A program made the translations under genes and the position numbers. A stretch of 64,000 nucleotides of DNA, taken from IMG/VR virus record IMGVR_UViG_3300050491_000011. One strand, written 5' to 3'. Positions within the stretch are counted from its first letter, which is position 1. Each line of letters starts with the position of its first letter. The notes beneath the pieces are model-generated. The model was not told the origin of the DNA, did no database searches, and worked only from the letters and a program-made list of their open reading frames with translations. The stretch is from a virus (lineage: Duplodnaviria > Caudoviricetes). Below are positions 26,307 through 36,597 of the stretch, in pieces.

Positions 26307-28487
26307 ATGAATCCATTTGATCCAACCGATCATTTACCTCAAGAGCGCTACACCATTCCGCCGGAGATGGTTCCGATCAGTGGTTTGAACTCTCAATTCA
26401 AATGTGTCTCTGGTGCCCGTCAGGCAATGTTCACCGGTAACCTGTCCCAAGTATTGATCGTGGATGGCCGTACCCGTAAACGCCAGCAGACTGGGTTGGA
26501 ACGTGAGATTGCCAAAGCTACATTTAACCATCAGTTTCCTCGTGAAGCTGTGGTACTGGCAATCATCCCCCGCTTTACATCCCGTAACTTCGGCGATAAG
26601 TTCCAGATCAACCCGTTCGATCTGGTGATCTACGAGGATTGGGAAACGAAAGAACTGGACGTGGTTGAACTCAGCAAGTTTCACGTAATGCACCAGCATT
26701 ACGGGTTTGAGTTCGAGTACGATCAGGACGTCTACGACGCCATCACCAAAGGTAAGCGCTTCAAGGCAGGTACTGTAATTGCTCGTTCTCCGGCTGTAAC
26801 GGATGATGGCGACTACATGTACGGTCTGGAAACCAACGTCTGCATGATCTCTGATCCGGCAGGTACTGAAGACGGTGTAAAGATCAGTCAGAGTTATGCC
26901 AAGCGTATTCGCTCGACAGGCTTTGAAAGTCGGATTGCTCGCTTCGGCGGCAGCCATTACCCGATTAACTGGAACGGTAACCTGGAAGAGTACAAACCTA
27001 TTCCAGACATCGGTGATTTCATCCAGTCAAACGGTCTGATCTGCGCTTCACGGCCTTTCGATCCAAAGTACGATCCAGTCTACATGACTCGTACTAAGCT
27101 GCTTAAACCGCAGTATGGGTTGGATACACCGCTGTACGGCGTACCTAACGCTCAGGTCGTAGACATCCGAGTCCTTCATAACGATAGGCTGTCTTCCCCG
27201 AAACTACCTAAGGAAATGACTAAACAGTTCCTGAAGTACTACGAGGCTGACCAAGAGTTCTACACCAAGATCGTTAAGACGTGCCTCTGCCGGAAAGGTA
27301 ACTTCCTGGCTGACGACGTTGCAATGTCTCCACGTCTGCGCATCCTCCTGTACGAAGCAATCGCACGTAGCGGTGAGCGTCTGCTGGAAGAAGGCATCTG
27401 GCCGAAGAGCAAAGCCGACCAACTGCGTGTTCGCACGAAGTATCGCGGTGAGATCTTGGATGAGTTCCGTGTGGAAATCATCTATCAGTACAAGACCTCT
27501 GTGGGCGAAGGCCCTAAGGTTACTGACCAATCTGGTGGTAAAGGCGTTACTTCGGCGGTTGCTCCAGACGAAGACATGCCTACTGACGAGAACGGCGTAC
27601 GCGCCGACGTAGTGATCTTCTCGAACTCTACGGTAAACCGCCTGAACAACGGTCGTCAGCATACTCAGGTTATCGGCGCTGCTGGTCGTGACATCATCAA
27701 ACGTGTACGTAAGTCCTACGGTCTGCCACCTGTTGGCGCGATCGACAAGGCTGAAGTCAAGCGTGTGGTGACGTCTCAGAACAACGTGGCTGTGACCATG
27801 AAGAACTTTGCGTACATCATCGGCTTCTATAAGCTGGTGGCTCCGGCGATGTACGAACGTCTTACTCGCAACGATATCATTCCGCAAGGTATTCACTTGC
27901 AGCATGTAATCGAAGTGATCATGGACGGTGAAGTTGACCACGGTCTGTTCCTGCAACTCGCTTCCAGTGATGAGGTCTACATGGACCAAGTCATCCGGGA
28001 GATCGAGGCTGGTCCGTACATGCCAGACTTGACTCCGGTTAAGTATCGGAATCTGGCTGGTGAGATGGTAACTACCAAGACCAAGATCCTGATCGGTCCT
28101 GACTACTACCTGCCTTTGGAGAAGACGGCTACCGACGGTTCCGGTGTATCGTCCTCCAAGACAAACCACTTCGGCGTTACTGCCCGTCTGACGAATGCTG
28201 ACAAGTATTCCAGCCCTGGCCGTGAAACCGTAACCAAATCTACCGGTGAGTCCGAAGCGCGTAACCACGCTCACGCCTACGGTGCTGAGCCCCTTGCTCA
28301 CATCATGGACTTGAACTACAACCCGGTGGTTCACAAAGAAGCCTGTATGACGATCCTCACTCACGAGACACCGACCAACATCGAATGTCTTGTTGACCGT
28401 GAGAAGTTTAAGCTTGGTGGACATCGTCCGCTGGCTTACGTTCGCCACATGATGGCCGTATCTGGTAAGAATATCTCCAGGGAGTAA
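26307..28487 (+). CDS. Non-virion RNAP beta subunit, C-terminal part (phiKZ gp71-73-like)
   Basis: TEDG, GPKVTDQSGGKG (GDK...HGxKG equivalent), RLNNG and STGESE (GEME equivalent) motifs; uninterrupted. Confidence 0.9.
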   Translation: MNPFDPTDHLPQERYTIPPEMVPISGLNSQFKCVSGARQAMFTGNLSQVLIVDGRTRKRQQTGLEREIAKATFNHQFPREAVVLAIIPRFTSRNFGDKFQINPFDLVIYEDWETKELDVVELSKFHVMHQHYGFEFEYDQDVYDAITKGKRFKAGTVIARSPAVTDDGDYMYGLETNVCMISDPAGTEDGVKISQSYAKRIRSTGFESRIARFGGSHYPINWNGNLEEYKPIPDIGDFIQSNGLICASRPFDPKYDPVYMTRTKLLKPQYGLDTPLYGVPNAQVVDIRVLHNDRLSSPKLPKEMTKQFLKYYEADQEFYTKIVKTCLCRKGNFLADDVAMSPRLRILLYEAIARSGERLLEEGIWPKSKADQLRVRTKYRGEILDEFRVEIIYQYKTSVGEGPKVTDQSGGKGVTSAVAPDEDMPTDENGVRADVVIFSNSTVNRLNNGRQHTQVIGAAGRDIIKRVRKSYGLPPVGAIDKAEVKRVVTSQNNVAVTMKNFAYIIGFYKLVAPAMYERLTRNDIIPQGIHLQHVIEVIMDGEVDHGLFLQLASSDEVYMDQVIREIEAGPYMPDLTPVKYRNLAGEMVTTKTKILIGPDYYLPLEKTATDGSGVSSSKTNHFGVTARLTNADKYSSPGRETVTKSTGESEARNHAHAYGAEPLAHIMDLNYNPVVHKEACMTILTHETPTNIECLVDREKFKLGGHRPLAYVRHMMAVSGKNISRE

Positions 28488-28518
28488 TCCCTGGCGGTAC
28501 AACGTAGGAGCGTGTTAA

Positions 28519-30498
28519 TTGGCAAGTCACCGTCGATTCAGAGCCCGTGATCTGTTCGAACAAATGGTACATCTTTGGCCGTGTAAAGAATACGAGGAGT
28601 TCATCCTCGAGTTTGATGACGGCGATACGATGACCACCACAACAATCAATACCCAGATCTCCCGCAAGCTCTGGTTGCCACACGAGGTGTACAACAAACT
28701 CGGCATCTATAAACGTCACCACATCGGTAACGGTTCGATGTCCAATGAACGCATCCATGAAGTACAGGCTGCGATCACTGAAGACATGTACAACACGTAC
28801 GGTGAGAAAGGCTTTAACCGTGAAGAGTTGTGGCGACACAACTATTACGGCACCAACCGTCTGTACAACGAATCGATCATCGAGTATGCGGCGTATGTTC
28901 GCGGCAGTAACTCGTTCGACTTCAGCCATCTGTACGAGTATCCGCCAATCCACAAGATCCGGACCGAATGTAAGCCTAACAAGCTATCAATCGAGAAGGC
29001 TTACGATGCGGCGAAGTTGGTTCTGGAACGTGACCCTGCATTGGCACGTAACGTAATCATCTCTGACCTGCGGGCTGGTCTGCTCAAGATGGAGCAGTTG
29101 CTTCAGATCCTCATCGTGCGTGGCTACAACACCGACATCGATGGGCACGTATACAGCAAACCAATCATGGGCAACTACTTCGCAGGGATTCATGATCCAG
29201 CTGAAGCCATGATGGAATCCACACTGGCCGCTAAGGCTATCATCTTTACTGGTGCGCCGCTCGAACAAACCGAGTATGCAAACCGGAAGATGCAGTTCAC
29301 TACCCAGCAGGTTGACTTGCTGGTAATGGCTGACTGTGGATCGACTGAGTACGGAGAGATTGAGATCACCAAGTTCAGGTTCAAAGCCATGGACGGTCTC
29401 AACTATCTCGATCCTGATACCAACAAGCTGAAACCCCTGCGGATGGCTGACACTCACCTGATCGGTGAGACACGCAAGTTCCGTCTGGCGTTCAACTGTA
29501 AGTACCGGCATCACAACAACGTCTGCAAGATGTGCTACGGCTTGCTGGCGTATAACGTGCCGTTCGGTGCTAACATCGGCCACATCGCATCTACAATGAC
29601 CCAATCGGAAGTATCTCAGGCAGTGTTGAAGGTTAAGCACTCTGAGGCGTCTGCTTCTTCTGATCCGATCATCATTCAAGATGAAGAAAGACCGTACATC
29701 CTCCCAGCATCTGAAGGTCACCAGATTCGTCTGAACCCAAGGCTGGGCGTTAAGGGTATTCCGCTGATGCTTCGCGGTGGTTACTCTCAGGGTGTTCACA
29801 ACGCATCGAAGCTGCCTGTACTGAAACGTAACGATCTGCGTGCTGGCGTAAACATCGCCAAGTTCAGTCAGTTCCGTGAAGTCAGCTTTGAGCTGCCTAG
29901 CGAGAACAAGCAGTCGAACCGGGTACACGTCACGGTATCCCGTGGCGCTCGCATGTCGAACCTGACTCGTGAGTTCCTGGACTACTTCCTGAAGAAAGGC
30001 TTCCGAATCGATGATGATGGTTATTATCGGATTGATCTGAAGGATTGGAACTTCGACCTGCCAGCCTTTGAAATGCCAAACCGTCACGGTAGCATGAAGG
30101 ATCACGCAGCAGTAGTGGAAGTAATGATCCGCTCTACTCGTGACTCTAACCAGCGTCACCTCGGCCGGTTGAAGCAACTCAAGGACTATGCTAACCCAAC
30201 TGAAGCAATGTTGGATACGCATGAACTGATCGCGCTGAAGGTTCCTGTTCACTTCACCCACGTCGCTATTGTGTTGCTGTCTATGATGGTATCCAGTACG
30301 AAGTCCGGTGATTACAGGATTCCACCTCTGGGCGAACCTACACGGTTTGCTAAATACGATCACGTAATCAGTGGTCGTTCCATGGGTGCGTTCTTCGCCT
30401 ATCAGGGTGGTCGTAACCTGCTAGATACACTTGAGCAGTACATGATGAACGAACGGGAACAACATCTGCTTGATCCACTGCTGATGCCCGGCTGGTAA
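28519..30498 (+). CDS. Non-virion RNAP beta' C-terminal subunit (phiKZ gp74-like)
   Basis: ADCGS, zinc motif CKY...VCKMCYG, trigger-loop-like GHIAST...KVKH; TTG start with AGGAG SD. Confidence 0.88.
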   Translation: MASHRRFRARDLFEQMVHLWPCKEYEEFILEFDDGDTMTTTTINTQISRKLWLPHEVYNKLGIYKRHHIGNGSMSNERIHEVQAAITEDMYNTYGEKGFNREELWRHNYYGTNRLYNESIIEYAAYVRGSNSFDFSHLYEYPPIHKIRTECKPNKLSIEKAYDAAKLVLERDPALARNVIISDLRAGLLKMEQLLQILIVRGYNTDIDGHVYSKPIMGNYFAGIHDPAEAMMESTLAAKAIIFTGAPLEQTEYANRKMQFTTQQVDLLVMADCGSTEYGEIEITKFRFKAMDGLNYLDPDTNKLKPLRMADTHLIGETRKFRLAFNCKYRHHNNVCKMCYGLLAYNVPFGANIGHIASTMTQSEVSQAVLKVKHSEASASSDPIIIQDEERPYILPASEGHQIRLNPRLGVKGIPLMLRGGYSQGVHNASKLPVLKRNDLRAGVNIAKFSQFREVSFELPSENKQSNRVHVTVSRGARMSNLTREFLDYFLKKGFRIDDDGYYRIDLKDWNFDLPAFEMPNRHGSMKDHAAVVEVMIRSTRDSNQRHLGRLKQLKDYANPTEAMLDTHELIALKVPVHFTHVAIVLLSMMVSSTKSGDYRIPPLGEPTRFAKYDHVISGRSMGAFFAYQGGRNLLDTLEQYMMNEREQHLLDPLLMPGW

Positions 30499-30506
30499 TT
30501 GACAAA

Positions 30507-30536
30507 CATATCGGCGGGGTAATCCCCGCCTTTATG
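30507..30536 (+). terminator. Hairpin CATA-TC-GGCGGGG-TAAT-CCCCGCC-TT-TATG
   Basis: Inverted repeat after the beta' stop; core identical to 40380. Confidence 0.7.
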
Positions 30537-30560
30537 CTCCAATTTATAAGAGAGGTTGTA

Positions 30561-30977
30561 ATGGCTAAGCAACAATTTGTATCTGTAAGGTTTGAAGGGG
30601 ATAGCGCCTCGACTCTCTTCAGCGGAGTCGTTTATAAGAAGCTACCCGTTAAAGACGATGCGTTACGTTTCCTACATATCGAACGTAAAGGCAACACTAA
30701 CTTCATCTTCGATGCTACCCGCGCCGTAGACGAGCTTCCAGACTCTCTGGCGATAACTTGGGAACGTGAAGGTGCCGGCGCAACATTCACACTGGCCGAG
30801 CGTAAGTACGCGGTCAGCATCTATACGGTAATTGATGTTGAGCGTGACAGCCCGTTCTACTTCCTTGACGAACTTCCTGACGGCACATGGCGTCTATGCC
30901 ACAGCAAGTTCTTTATCCCATGGCATCATGATTGCGTAGAAACAATCACAATCCAGAAGGTCCAATACACTGACTGA
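30561..30977 (+). CDS. Hypothetical beta-rich protein
   Basis: GAGGT SD before ATG 30561 (track start 30534). Confidence 0.7.
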   Translation: MAKQQFVSVRFEGDSASTLFSGVVYKKLPVKDDALRFLHIERKGNTNFIFDATRAVDELPDSLAITWEREGAGATFTLAERKYAVSIYTVIDVERDSPFYFLDELPDGTWRLCHSKFFIPWHHDCVETITIQKVQYTD

Positions 30978-31003
30978 GTTGTCCAAGGAAGTCCAGTAGT
31001 GTC

Positions 31004-31045
31004 CGAGGCGGAGTGATCTCCGCCTTAACTCTGGGTTTTCTTTTG
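31004..31045 (+). terminator. Rho-independent terminator
   Basis: GAGGCGGAG-TGAT-CTCCGCCTT then a T-rich tract. Confidence 0.65.
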
Positions 31046-31128
31046 TGGTAAGAACTAACTAGAGACGTATATCTATTATAGGCGAAGTGTGCCGTAAACG
31101 CACTAGGTAGATATTTGGGGAGAACGTC

Positions 31129-32649
31129 TTGAAGATCGACGTCTATAGCCATTCGTTCATGGTCAGTGATTTGAACGAGCGACAGAAGAAAGCCGTCGAA
31201 CAGTTCTGCAAAACACTCATCCAGCATGAGATGGTTATTGAAGACGGCCGTAAGGAAATGGTGGCTGCACGGGTGTTCGCATCCTCTACAGCTGCCAGAC
31301 AGTACTACCGTTTCCACATCAACATGAAGGTAGAATTCTTCCAGACCCTGAACTACAACTTCATTAAGTCTGATGAATTCACAATCGTTAAGCACGATAA
31401 CACTCCAACGGATCGCTTCAAGGTTGAACATGAAGTAATCCACTTGTGGCCACCCCGTCATCCTCAACCGGCTATCATTAACCACGTTGTGAATGAGGAG
31501 GGTAGTAACAAGGTCGTAACCCTCCAGACTGGTAAGGGTAAGACGGAGCTGACGAAGCACTGCATGCACCAACTGGGGCTACGCACTGCTATCTTCATGA
31601 AGGGTGGTTATCTAGACCGTTGGGTGCCTGACCTTGAGTCATCATTCAAACTGAAGCGCGGTCAACTCCTTGTTGTCCGAGGAAGTCCAGCGCTGAAGGG
31701 TCTGATGGAAATGGTGCTGGAGAAGCGTGACATCGGTAAGGTCATCCTTATCTCCACAAACACCTACGTCAACTACATCAAGGAATTCGAAGCGGAAGGG
31801 TACGATTCAGGTTTCCCTATCGCTCCTATCGACTTCTTTGAGATGTGCGGTATCGGTTTCGGTGTACTCGATGAGGGTCACCAATATCCACACGCCATCA
31901 TGAAATTCTTCGCGTACATGAACATCCACAAGTTCCTGACCTTGTCTGCAACACTCGACACCAAAGACAAGTTCATGAACAAAATGTACGAGATCATGTA
32001 CCCAAGGCCTGCTCGATATAACGGGGATTATTACGATGCGTTCATTGACGTGTCGGCAATCATCTACCAGTTGAGTAACGCCAAAGCGATTCGATGTAAG
32101 GGGTTCGGTGGAGCGTACAGCCACACGGCTTTCGAAGCGTCACTGATGTTGGCAAAGAACAAGAAGCTTCTTGAGAAGTATCTTGAGATGATTGCGTACT
32201 ACCTCCAGACGGACTTCGTCGATGTAATGGAGAAAGGACAAAAGTCAATCGTATTCTGCGCTACCATCAAACTCTGTACGATACTGACTAAGTTCTTGCA
32301 AAAGAAGTTCCCGAAGCTGCTCGTAGCTCGCTACGTGTCCGGGGACAAGATGTCTGTGTTGGAGCGCTCAGACATCGGCGTTAGTACAGTACTATCGGCA
32401 GGTACTGCGGTAGACATCAAGAACCTCCGCTATAACCTGATGACAACTGCAATCGATTCGCAGCAATCGAACGAACAAACCTTGGGACGTACACGTCTGC
32501 TGAAAGACTGGCCTGACATTACTCCACGGTTCCGTTACTTCGTTTGCAGCAGCATTGAGAAGCACATGCTCTACCATCGCAACAAGCTTGACTACTTTAA
32601 AGGGAAGGTTAAGTCCCACGGTCAAGAGCAATCACCTTTCTACATTTAA
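31129..32649 (+). CDS. Superfamily-2 (UvsW-like) DNA helicase (phiKZ gp75-like)
   Basis: Walker A LQTGKGKT, DEGH, LSAT and QTLGRTR motifs. Confidence 0.9.
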   Translation: MKIDVYSHSFMVSDLNERQKKAVEQFCKTLIQHEMVIEDGRKEMVAARVFASSTAARQYYRFHINMKVEFFQTLNYNFIKSDEFTIVKHDNTPTDRFKVEHEVIHLWPPRHPQPAIINHVVNEEGSNKVVTLQTGKGKTELTKHCMHQLGLRTAIFMKGGYLDRWVPDLESSFKLKRGQLLVVRGSPALKGLMEMVLEKRDIGKVILISTNTYVNYIKEFEAEGYDSGFPIAPIDFFEMCGIGFGVLDEGHQYPHAIMKFFAYMNIHKFLTLSATLDTKDKFMNKMYEIMYPRPARYNGDYYDAFIDVSAIIYQLSNAKAIRCKGFGGAYSHTAFEASLMLAKNKKLLEKYLEMIAYYLQTDFVDVMEKGQKSIVFCATIKLCTILTKFLQKKFPKLLVARYVSGDKMSVLERSDIGVSTVLSAGTAVDIKNLRYNLMTTAIDSQQSNEQTLGRTRLLKDWPDITPRFRYFVCSSIEKHMLYHRNKLDYFKGKVKSHGQEQSPFYI

Positions 32650-32677
32650 GAAGCGGGGAGAAATCCCCGCCTTTATG
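32650..32677 (+). terminator. Hairpin GCGGGGA-GAAA-TCCCCGC followed by TTTATG
   Basis: Inverted repeat after the helicase stop. Confidence 0.7.
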
Positions 32678-32695
32678 TCCCCTTAGGAGGAAAAG

Positions 32696-32899
32696 ATGTC
32701 TCTGAATCAACTCACCATGAAAGCTGAATACGTATTCAGTTCTATCGATCCTAATCGTGTACTGAGCGATGAATCAAAGCTTTACATGATTCACCGTCGA
32801 GCGCTTGTTCGTGGTGACGCTAAGGCTTGGGAGATCGATAACGAGGTTATCGCCAAGCGCACTACTCTGGCCGAACACTATTCGCTGGAGGATTACTGA
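32696..32899 (+). CDS. Small hypothetical protein
   Basis: AGGAGG SD; 67 aa. Confidence 0.65.
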   Translation: MSLNQLTMKAEYVFSSIDPNRVLSDESKLYMIHRRALVRGDAKAWEIDNEVIAKRTTLAEHYSLEDY

Positions 32900-33282
32900 T
32901 GGCAGTGCTACTGACCAATTCTACCGTAGTTGGGTTAGATGACATCCCAGAAGAGCTTTATCCCGGAGGTCCTGAATTCAAGGTCCACGTAGCCTTCTAT
33001 CTGTCGAGTGTAACCATCACACTTGTTAACCCGATGAATGGGATCATGCTCCGAGATAAGTTCACCGAGACGCGTACGAAGCTGTTGCGTGACCATCTCC
33101 ACCCACTGCGTGAGAACGCCTTACTCACTAAGGCTCAGTTCATGTGTGAAGTGGAACGTATGACAGAAGTATTCTTCTGTCGTCTGCGGGAATACAAAGG
33201 GTTCATCGGTATCAACAGAACCGGAATGCATGATACAAACACCTACGACGAAGAATCTGAAACAAACGGGGAACGTGTATGA
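32899..33282 (+). CDS. Hypothetical protein
   Basis: TGATG coupling. Confidence 0.65.
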   Translation: MAVLLTNSTVVGLDDIPEELYPGGPEFKVHVAFYLSSVTITLVNPMNGIMLRDKFTETRTKLLRDHLHPLRENALLTKAQFMCEVERMTEVFFCRLREYKGFIGINRTGMHDTNTYDEESETNGERV

Positions 33283-33539
33283 AGAATGAAATGGTTACAA
33301 TCGAAGTACCTGAACTGAATGAGTATCGTCAGATCGGTGAAATTATCTCAAGGGTGATTGGTGTAGAGATCGACGAGGGGAAGATGCTTGAGCTGATGAC
33401 TACCCTCAACTACCACAAGTACAACATCCTCAAGATGACTCAGACCCCTGAGCAGGTTGCTGAGATGGCTAAGTACTTGCTGGCTAAAGGTGGTGCGCAA
33501 GATCGACCGGTCGATTGGCCGAAGTTTGTAAGAGAATAG
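33279..33539 (+). CDS. Hypothetical protein
   Basis: ATGA coupling. Confidence 0.65.
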   Translation: MKNEMVTIEVPELNEYRQIGEIISRVIGVEIDEGKMLELMTTLNYHKYNILKMTQTPEQVAEMAKYLLAKGGAQDRPVDWPKFVRE

Positions 33540-33545
33540 TAAACA

Positions 33546-33592
33546 GCATAAAGCCCGGCATTGAGCCGGGCTTTATGTCACTCTTTTTTTTT
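33546..33592. terminator. Bidirectional terminator GCATAAAGCCCGGC-ATTGA-GCCGGGCTTTATGT plus T tract
   Basis: Inverted repeat between convergent genes; nearly identical to 62206-62253. Confidence 0.85.
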
Positions 33593-33598
33593 GCCGTA

Positions 33599-35305
33599 TT
33601 ACTGAGCGTCAGCGTAGTACAGGATCACGTTCTGACGTTCTTCTTCGTTCGGCACGTAGCGCAGGATCTGGTCGAGCTTGTAGATCTTGGCTTCACGCTG
33701 ACGGGTGCCTGGAGCGCGGGTGGTGATCAGCAACGATACCAGGTCTTCGAAGGTCAGTGCAGCAGACTTCGAAATACCCAGCTGGTTGTAACCACGGCGT
33801 GCAATTTCCGGCAGGAACAGCAGGGTGTAGTTGGTGTTGATGAAGTCCAGCAGGATGTTCCAGCCTTCTGTGAAGCCGACGCTGTCACGAGCCATCACTT
33901 GACGGATAGCTTTGTACAGCATGACTTGCGCTTTGCCGGCGGTATCGTCGGACAGGTTCTTGCCGTACTTGGACATTACGTCCTTGTATTCGTCAAGCTT
34001 GGATTTCAGCAGGATGTTGTCCATGGATGCTTCCGTTGGAGTTTCAGCGAGGGTTTCGAGAATGCGTTGACCGCTGAACTCGTTGGACAGACCCAGACGA
34101 GCCTTCAGGCTGTCGACCAGATCTTCTTTCGGGAGATCAGTTTCGATCTGACCCAGCAGAGCCGAACGCAGTTCGAGGTGAGTCCACTGGGAAGCGGTCT
34201 TACGCTCGCGCATGCGGTCTTCGATCAGAACGCCATGTTCGGTAACGGCTGGTTGCTCGCCGCTCTGTACGAACGCCTTGACGGCTTCGTGAGTCCAGTT
34301 GTTCGGCAGGCGATAGCGTTTGTAGAGCTCATCGTAGATCAGCTCTTCGTCCATGCCCTTTGGAGTCAGGATCAGACCATCGACCCAGTCGGCCAGTTCG
34401 CCGCCAGTCCAGTTGATCATGGATTGACCACGACGCAAGTCGATAGGCCAGCTACCACGAGCAGTCTTGGTTGGTTGAGCTTTGGTTTCGACGTAGGTCA
34501 GCAGGGTGTCGCGATCCCAGGCAGCCAGAGCATCAGCAGGCAGAACGCCGGTCAGAGTTGCACGCAGGCCTTCCAGAGAGGTAGGTTCGGCAGGAGTCGG
34601 ATCTTCTTCTTCGTCAGGCTGCGCTTCGTCTTCTTCATCGACCTTGGCGTCTTCTTCGTCTTCAGCTTCCGGCGGAGGCTCGACAGGATCGACTTCGTCC
34701 ACCGAAGAATCGGATTCGACCGCGACTTCTTCAGCTGGTTCAACGATTTCGGCTGGTTCTTCAACCACATCACCAGCGGCCAGTTGCGCAGCAGCGGCAG
34801 CAGCTTCTTCGTCGAGAGCAGTGGTGAGGTCTTTGGCAGCGTCTTCGATGCTGACTTTCTCAGCCGCCGGGTCCATCTGTTCGATGTAACCGACCTTGGA
34901 AGCATCGATAGCCGCTTGCTCGTCTTCAACCGATTCTTCGGCAGGCTTGACTTCTTCTTCGTCAGCCATCAGTAGGCGAACCATTTCAACGGTGTTGGCT
35001 TCGCCTGCTTCGTCGAAGAAGTATTCCTTGAACAGACTGGTCACGTCAGCATCGAAGTGGTCAGTACCCAGGGAATCCTGATCAGCAACTGCCGCCAACT
35101 GGTCTTCGACAGCGCGTTTCAGGAACGCAGCGTCGGTGCCATTGGTATCCGCCGGCTCATCGCCCTCAGCTACGTCTACCGGCTCTTCAGAGCCTTCCTG
35201 TGCAACGATCGGAGCTACTTGCTCCGGTTGTGCCTGTTCTTGCTGCTGATCGACTACAGGAGTCTCAGGAGCGTTCTGATCAACAGCGTCGTTGTTCTGT
35301 TCCAT
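33599..35305 (-). CDS. Acidic, partly disordered virion or assembly protein with Trp repeats
   Basis: 568 aa; about 250-aa E/D/A/P-rich N-half; repeated W-T/D-x-x-E/T-L motifs; strong codon bias. Confidence 0.7.
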   Translation of the reverse strand: MEQNNDAVDQNAPETPVVDQQQEQAQPEQVAPIVAQEGSEEPVDVAEGDEPADTNGTDAAFLKRAVEDQLAAVADQDSLGTDHFDADVTSLFKEYFFDEAGEANTVEMVRLLMADEEEVKPAEESVEDEQAAIDASKVGYIEQMDPAAEKVSIEDAAKDLTTALDEEAAAAAAQLAAGDVVEEPAEIVEPAEEVAVESDSSVDEVDPVEPPPEAEDEEDAKVDEEDEAQPDEEEDPTPAEPTSLEGLRATLTGVLPADALAAWDRDTLLTYVETKAQPTKTARGSWPIDLRRGQSMINWTGGELADWVDGLILTPKGMDEELIYDELYKRYRLPNNWTHEAVKAFVQSGEQPAVTEHGVLIEDRMRERKTASQWTHLELRSALLGQIETDLPKEDLVDSLKARLGLSNEFSGQRILETLAETPTEASMDNILLKSKLDEYKDVMSKYGKNLSDDTAGKAQVMLYKAIRQVMARDSVGFTEGWNILLDFINTNYTLLFLPEIARRGYNQLGISKSAALTFEDLVSLLITTRAPGTRQREAKIYKLDQILRYVPNEEERQNVILYYADAQ

Positions 35306-35310
35306 GGGGA

Positions 35311-36597
35311 TTAGTTCCTAAGGAATGTCTCTAAGAAGAGAGGAGTTGTTTTGAGTTCTTTAGCGTGAGCAGAACCCATCATTACGGCCATCATCGTGGA
35401 AGGGATCTCACCTACCATCGAACCGATGGAATCAGGATAAGCGGAGAGCTTATCACCGAAGCACACCTCACAGCAGTCTGTGCGTGGAGTGATGCAGAAC
35501 GCCGGACTGAACATAGGGTAGACTTTACCCAAGTACTGACCGATGTTTTCGGCAGACAGCTTAACCGATTCCTTGCCGTCAACAATGGTGCGGCCAATGA
35601 GGTCTTCACTGACCTTAATGTCAAGCTGATCGGTAGTACCGCAGAAGCCCTTAACTACACGGGCGTTCTGGAAGATACGACCCATCAAGTCCACGTCCTC
35701 ACCGGCGAGTGCAGTCATCGCACCCCGGAAGTAAGAACCAGCACGCAACGAGTTCACCATGTGAGGGAACTTGGTTACGTCCAGACCTTCTTGAAGAGAA
35801 GTAGTAACGAGCGTTGCACGCCCACCTTCTTCGAAGCCGGCTTCAGGACCGTGAATCTGGAACATTCGTTTCAAAGCAGTGTTCAAGGATTTACGTTTGT
35901 ACAGGAAGCCCTCAGACGGATCACCTTTAAGGTTGTCCGAATAGTCCTTAACCAACGCATCCTGAATACGTGCCTGAATAACTGGGTCGTCCAGCTGATC
36001 CTTATACAGCTCCAGCATTTCCTTCAGGATCTTATCCCGATTAGGAGACGGCTGAAGAGCATGCTCAGTAACGGATGGAACAAACATCTCGTAACCGGCC
36101 AAGTCAGATACAGCCTTACCGAAGCGCAGATAATGGCGGACGTAGATCACACCCGGCTTCTCTGGGACTTCGTTGTCAATCATCGCACCGATGATGAACC
36201 GCTCCAGACCACCGAGGTTGATTGGACCTTCGGCGTATTCAAACAGATCACCACCAGCGTAAACCAGAACACGGCTATTGAATAGCAGGTCACCCCAAGT
36301 ACCGTCGGGAAGATCCTTGGTCAGGTTCTCCACATCGCCAGCCTTGATAGGCCCGCAGGAGTCGTGATAGATGTAAGGGATCTCGTAAGGCTTAGCACCC
36401 TCCAGAACCGTCCAGCCCCACTTACCGTCACCATCAGGTACGTATACCTGAACGTTCTCCTTGGTGTGCTTCAAGCCCCACTGGAGGTCACCGTTCTTAA
36501 CGTCGTCGATAACGACGGAGAAGGCACGTAAGATCCACGCACGATTGTAGTGGACCTTTGCCTTCATCGATTGGATGAAGAAATCATACTTCCGCAT
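35311..36597 (-). CDS. Virion RNAP beta' C-terminal subunit (phiKZ gp80-like)
   Basis: Bridge-helix-like RAGSYFRGAMTALAG...FCGT, zinc motif FC...CCEVCFG, trigger-loop-like GEIPSTMM...GSAH. Confidence 0.85.
   Translation of the reverse strand: MRKYDFFIQSMKAKVHYNRAWILRAFSVVIDDVKNGDLQWGLKHTKENVQVYVPDGDGKWGWTVLEGAKPYEIPYIYHDSCGPIKAGDVENLTKDLPDGTWGDLLFNSRVLVYAGGDLFEYAEGPINLGGLERFIIGAMIDNEVPEKPGVIYVRHYLRFGKAVSDLAGYEMFVPSVTEHALQPSPNRDKILKEMLELYKDQLDDPVIQARIQDALVKDYSDNLKGDPSEGFLYKRKSLNTALKRMFQIHGPEAGFEEGGRATLVTTSLQEGLDVTKFPHMVNSLRAGSYFRGAMTALAGEDVDLMGRIFQNARVVKGFCGTTDQLDIKVSEDLIGRTIVDGKESVKLSAENIGQYLGKVYPMFSPAFCITPRTDCCEVCFGDKLSAYPDSIGSMVGEIPSTMMAVMMGSAHAKELKTTPLFLETFLRN

Noticed and set aside
13556-30498. 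Bacterial rpoB/rpoC operon or bacterial ftsZ
   Set aside because: The subunits are split, short and divergent and sit with PhuZ, chimallin and virion genes, which is phage architecture
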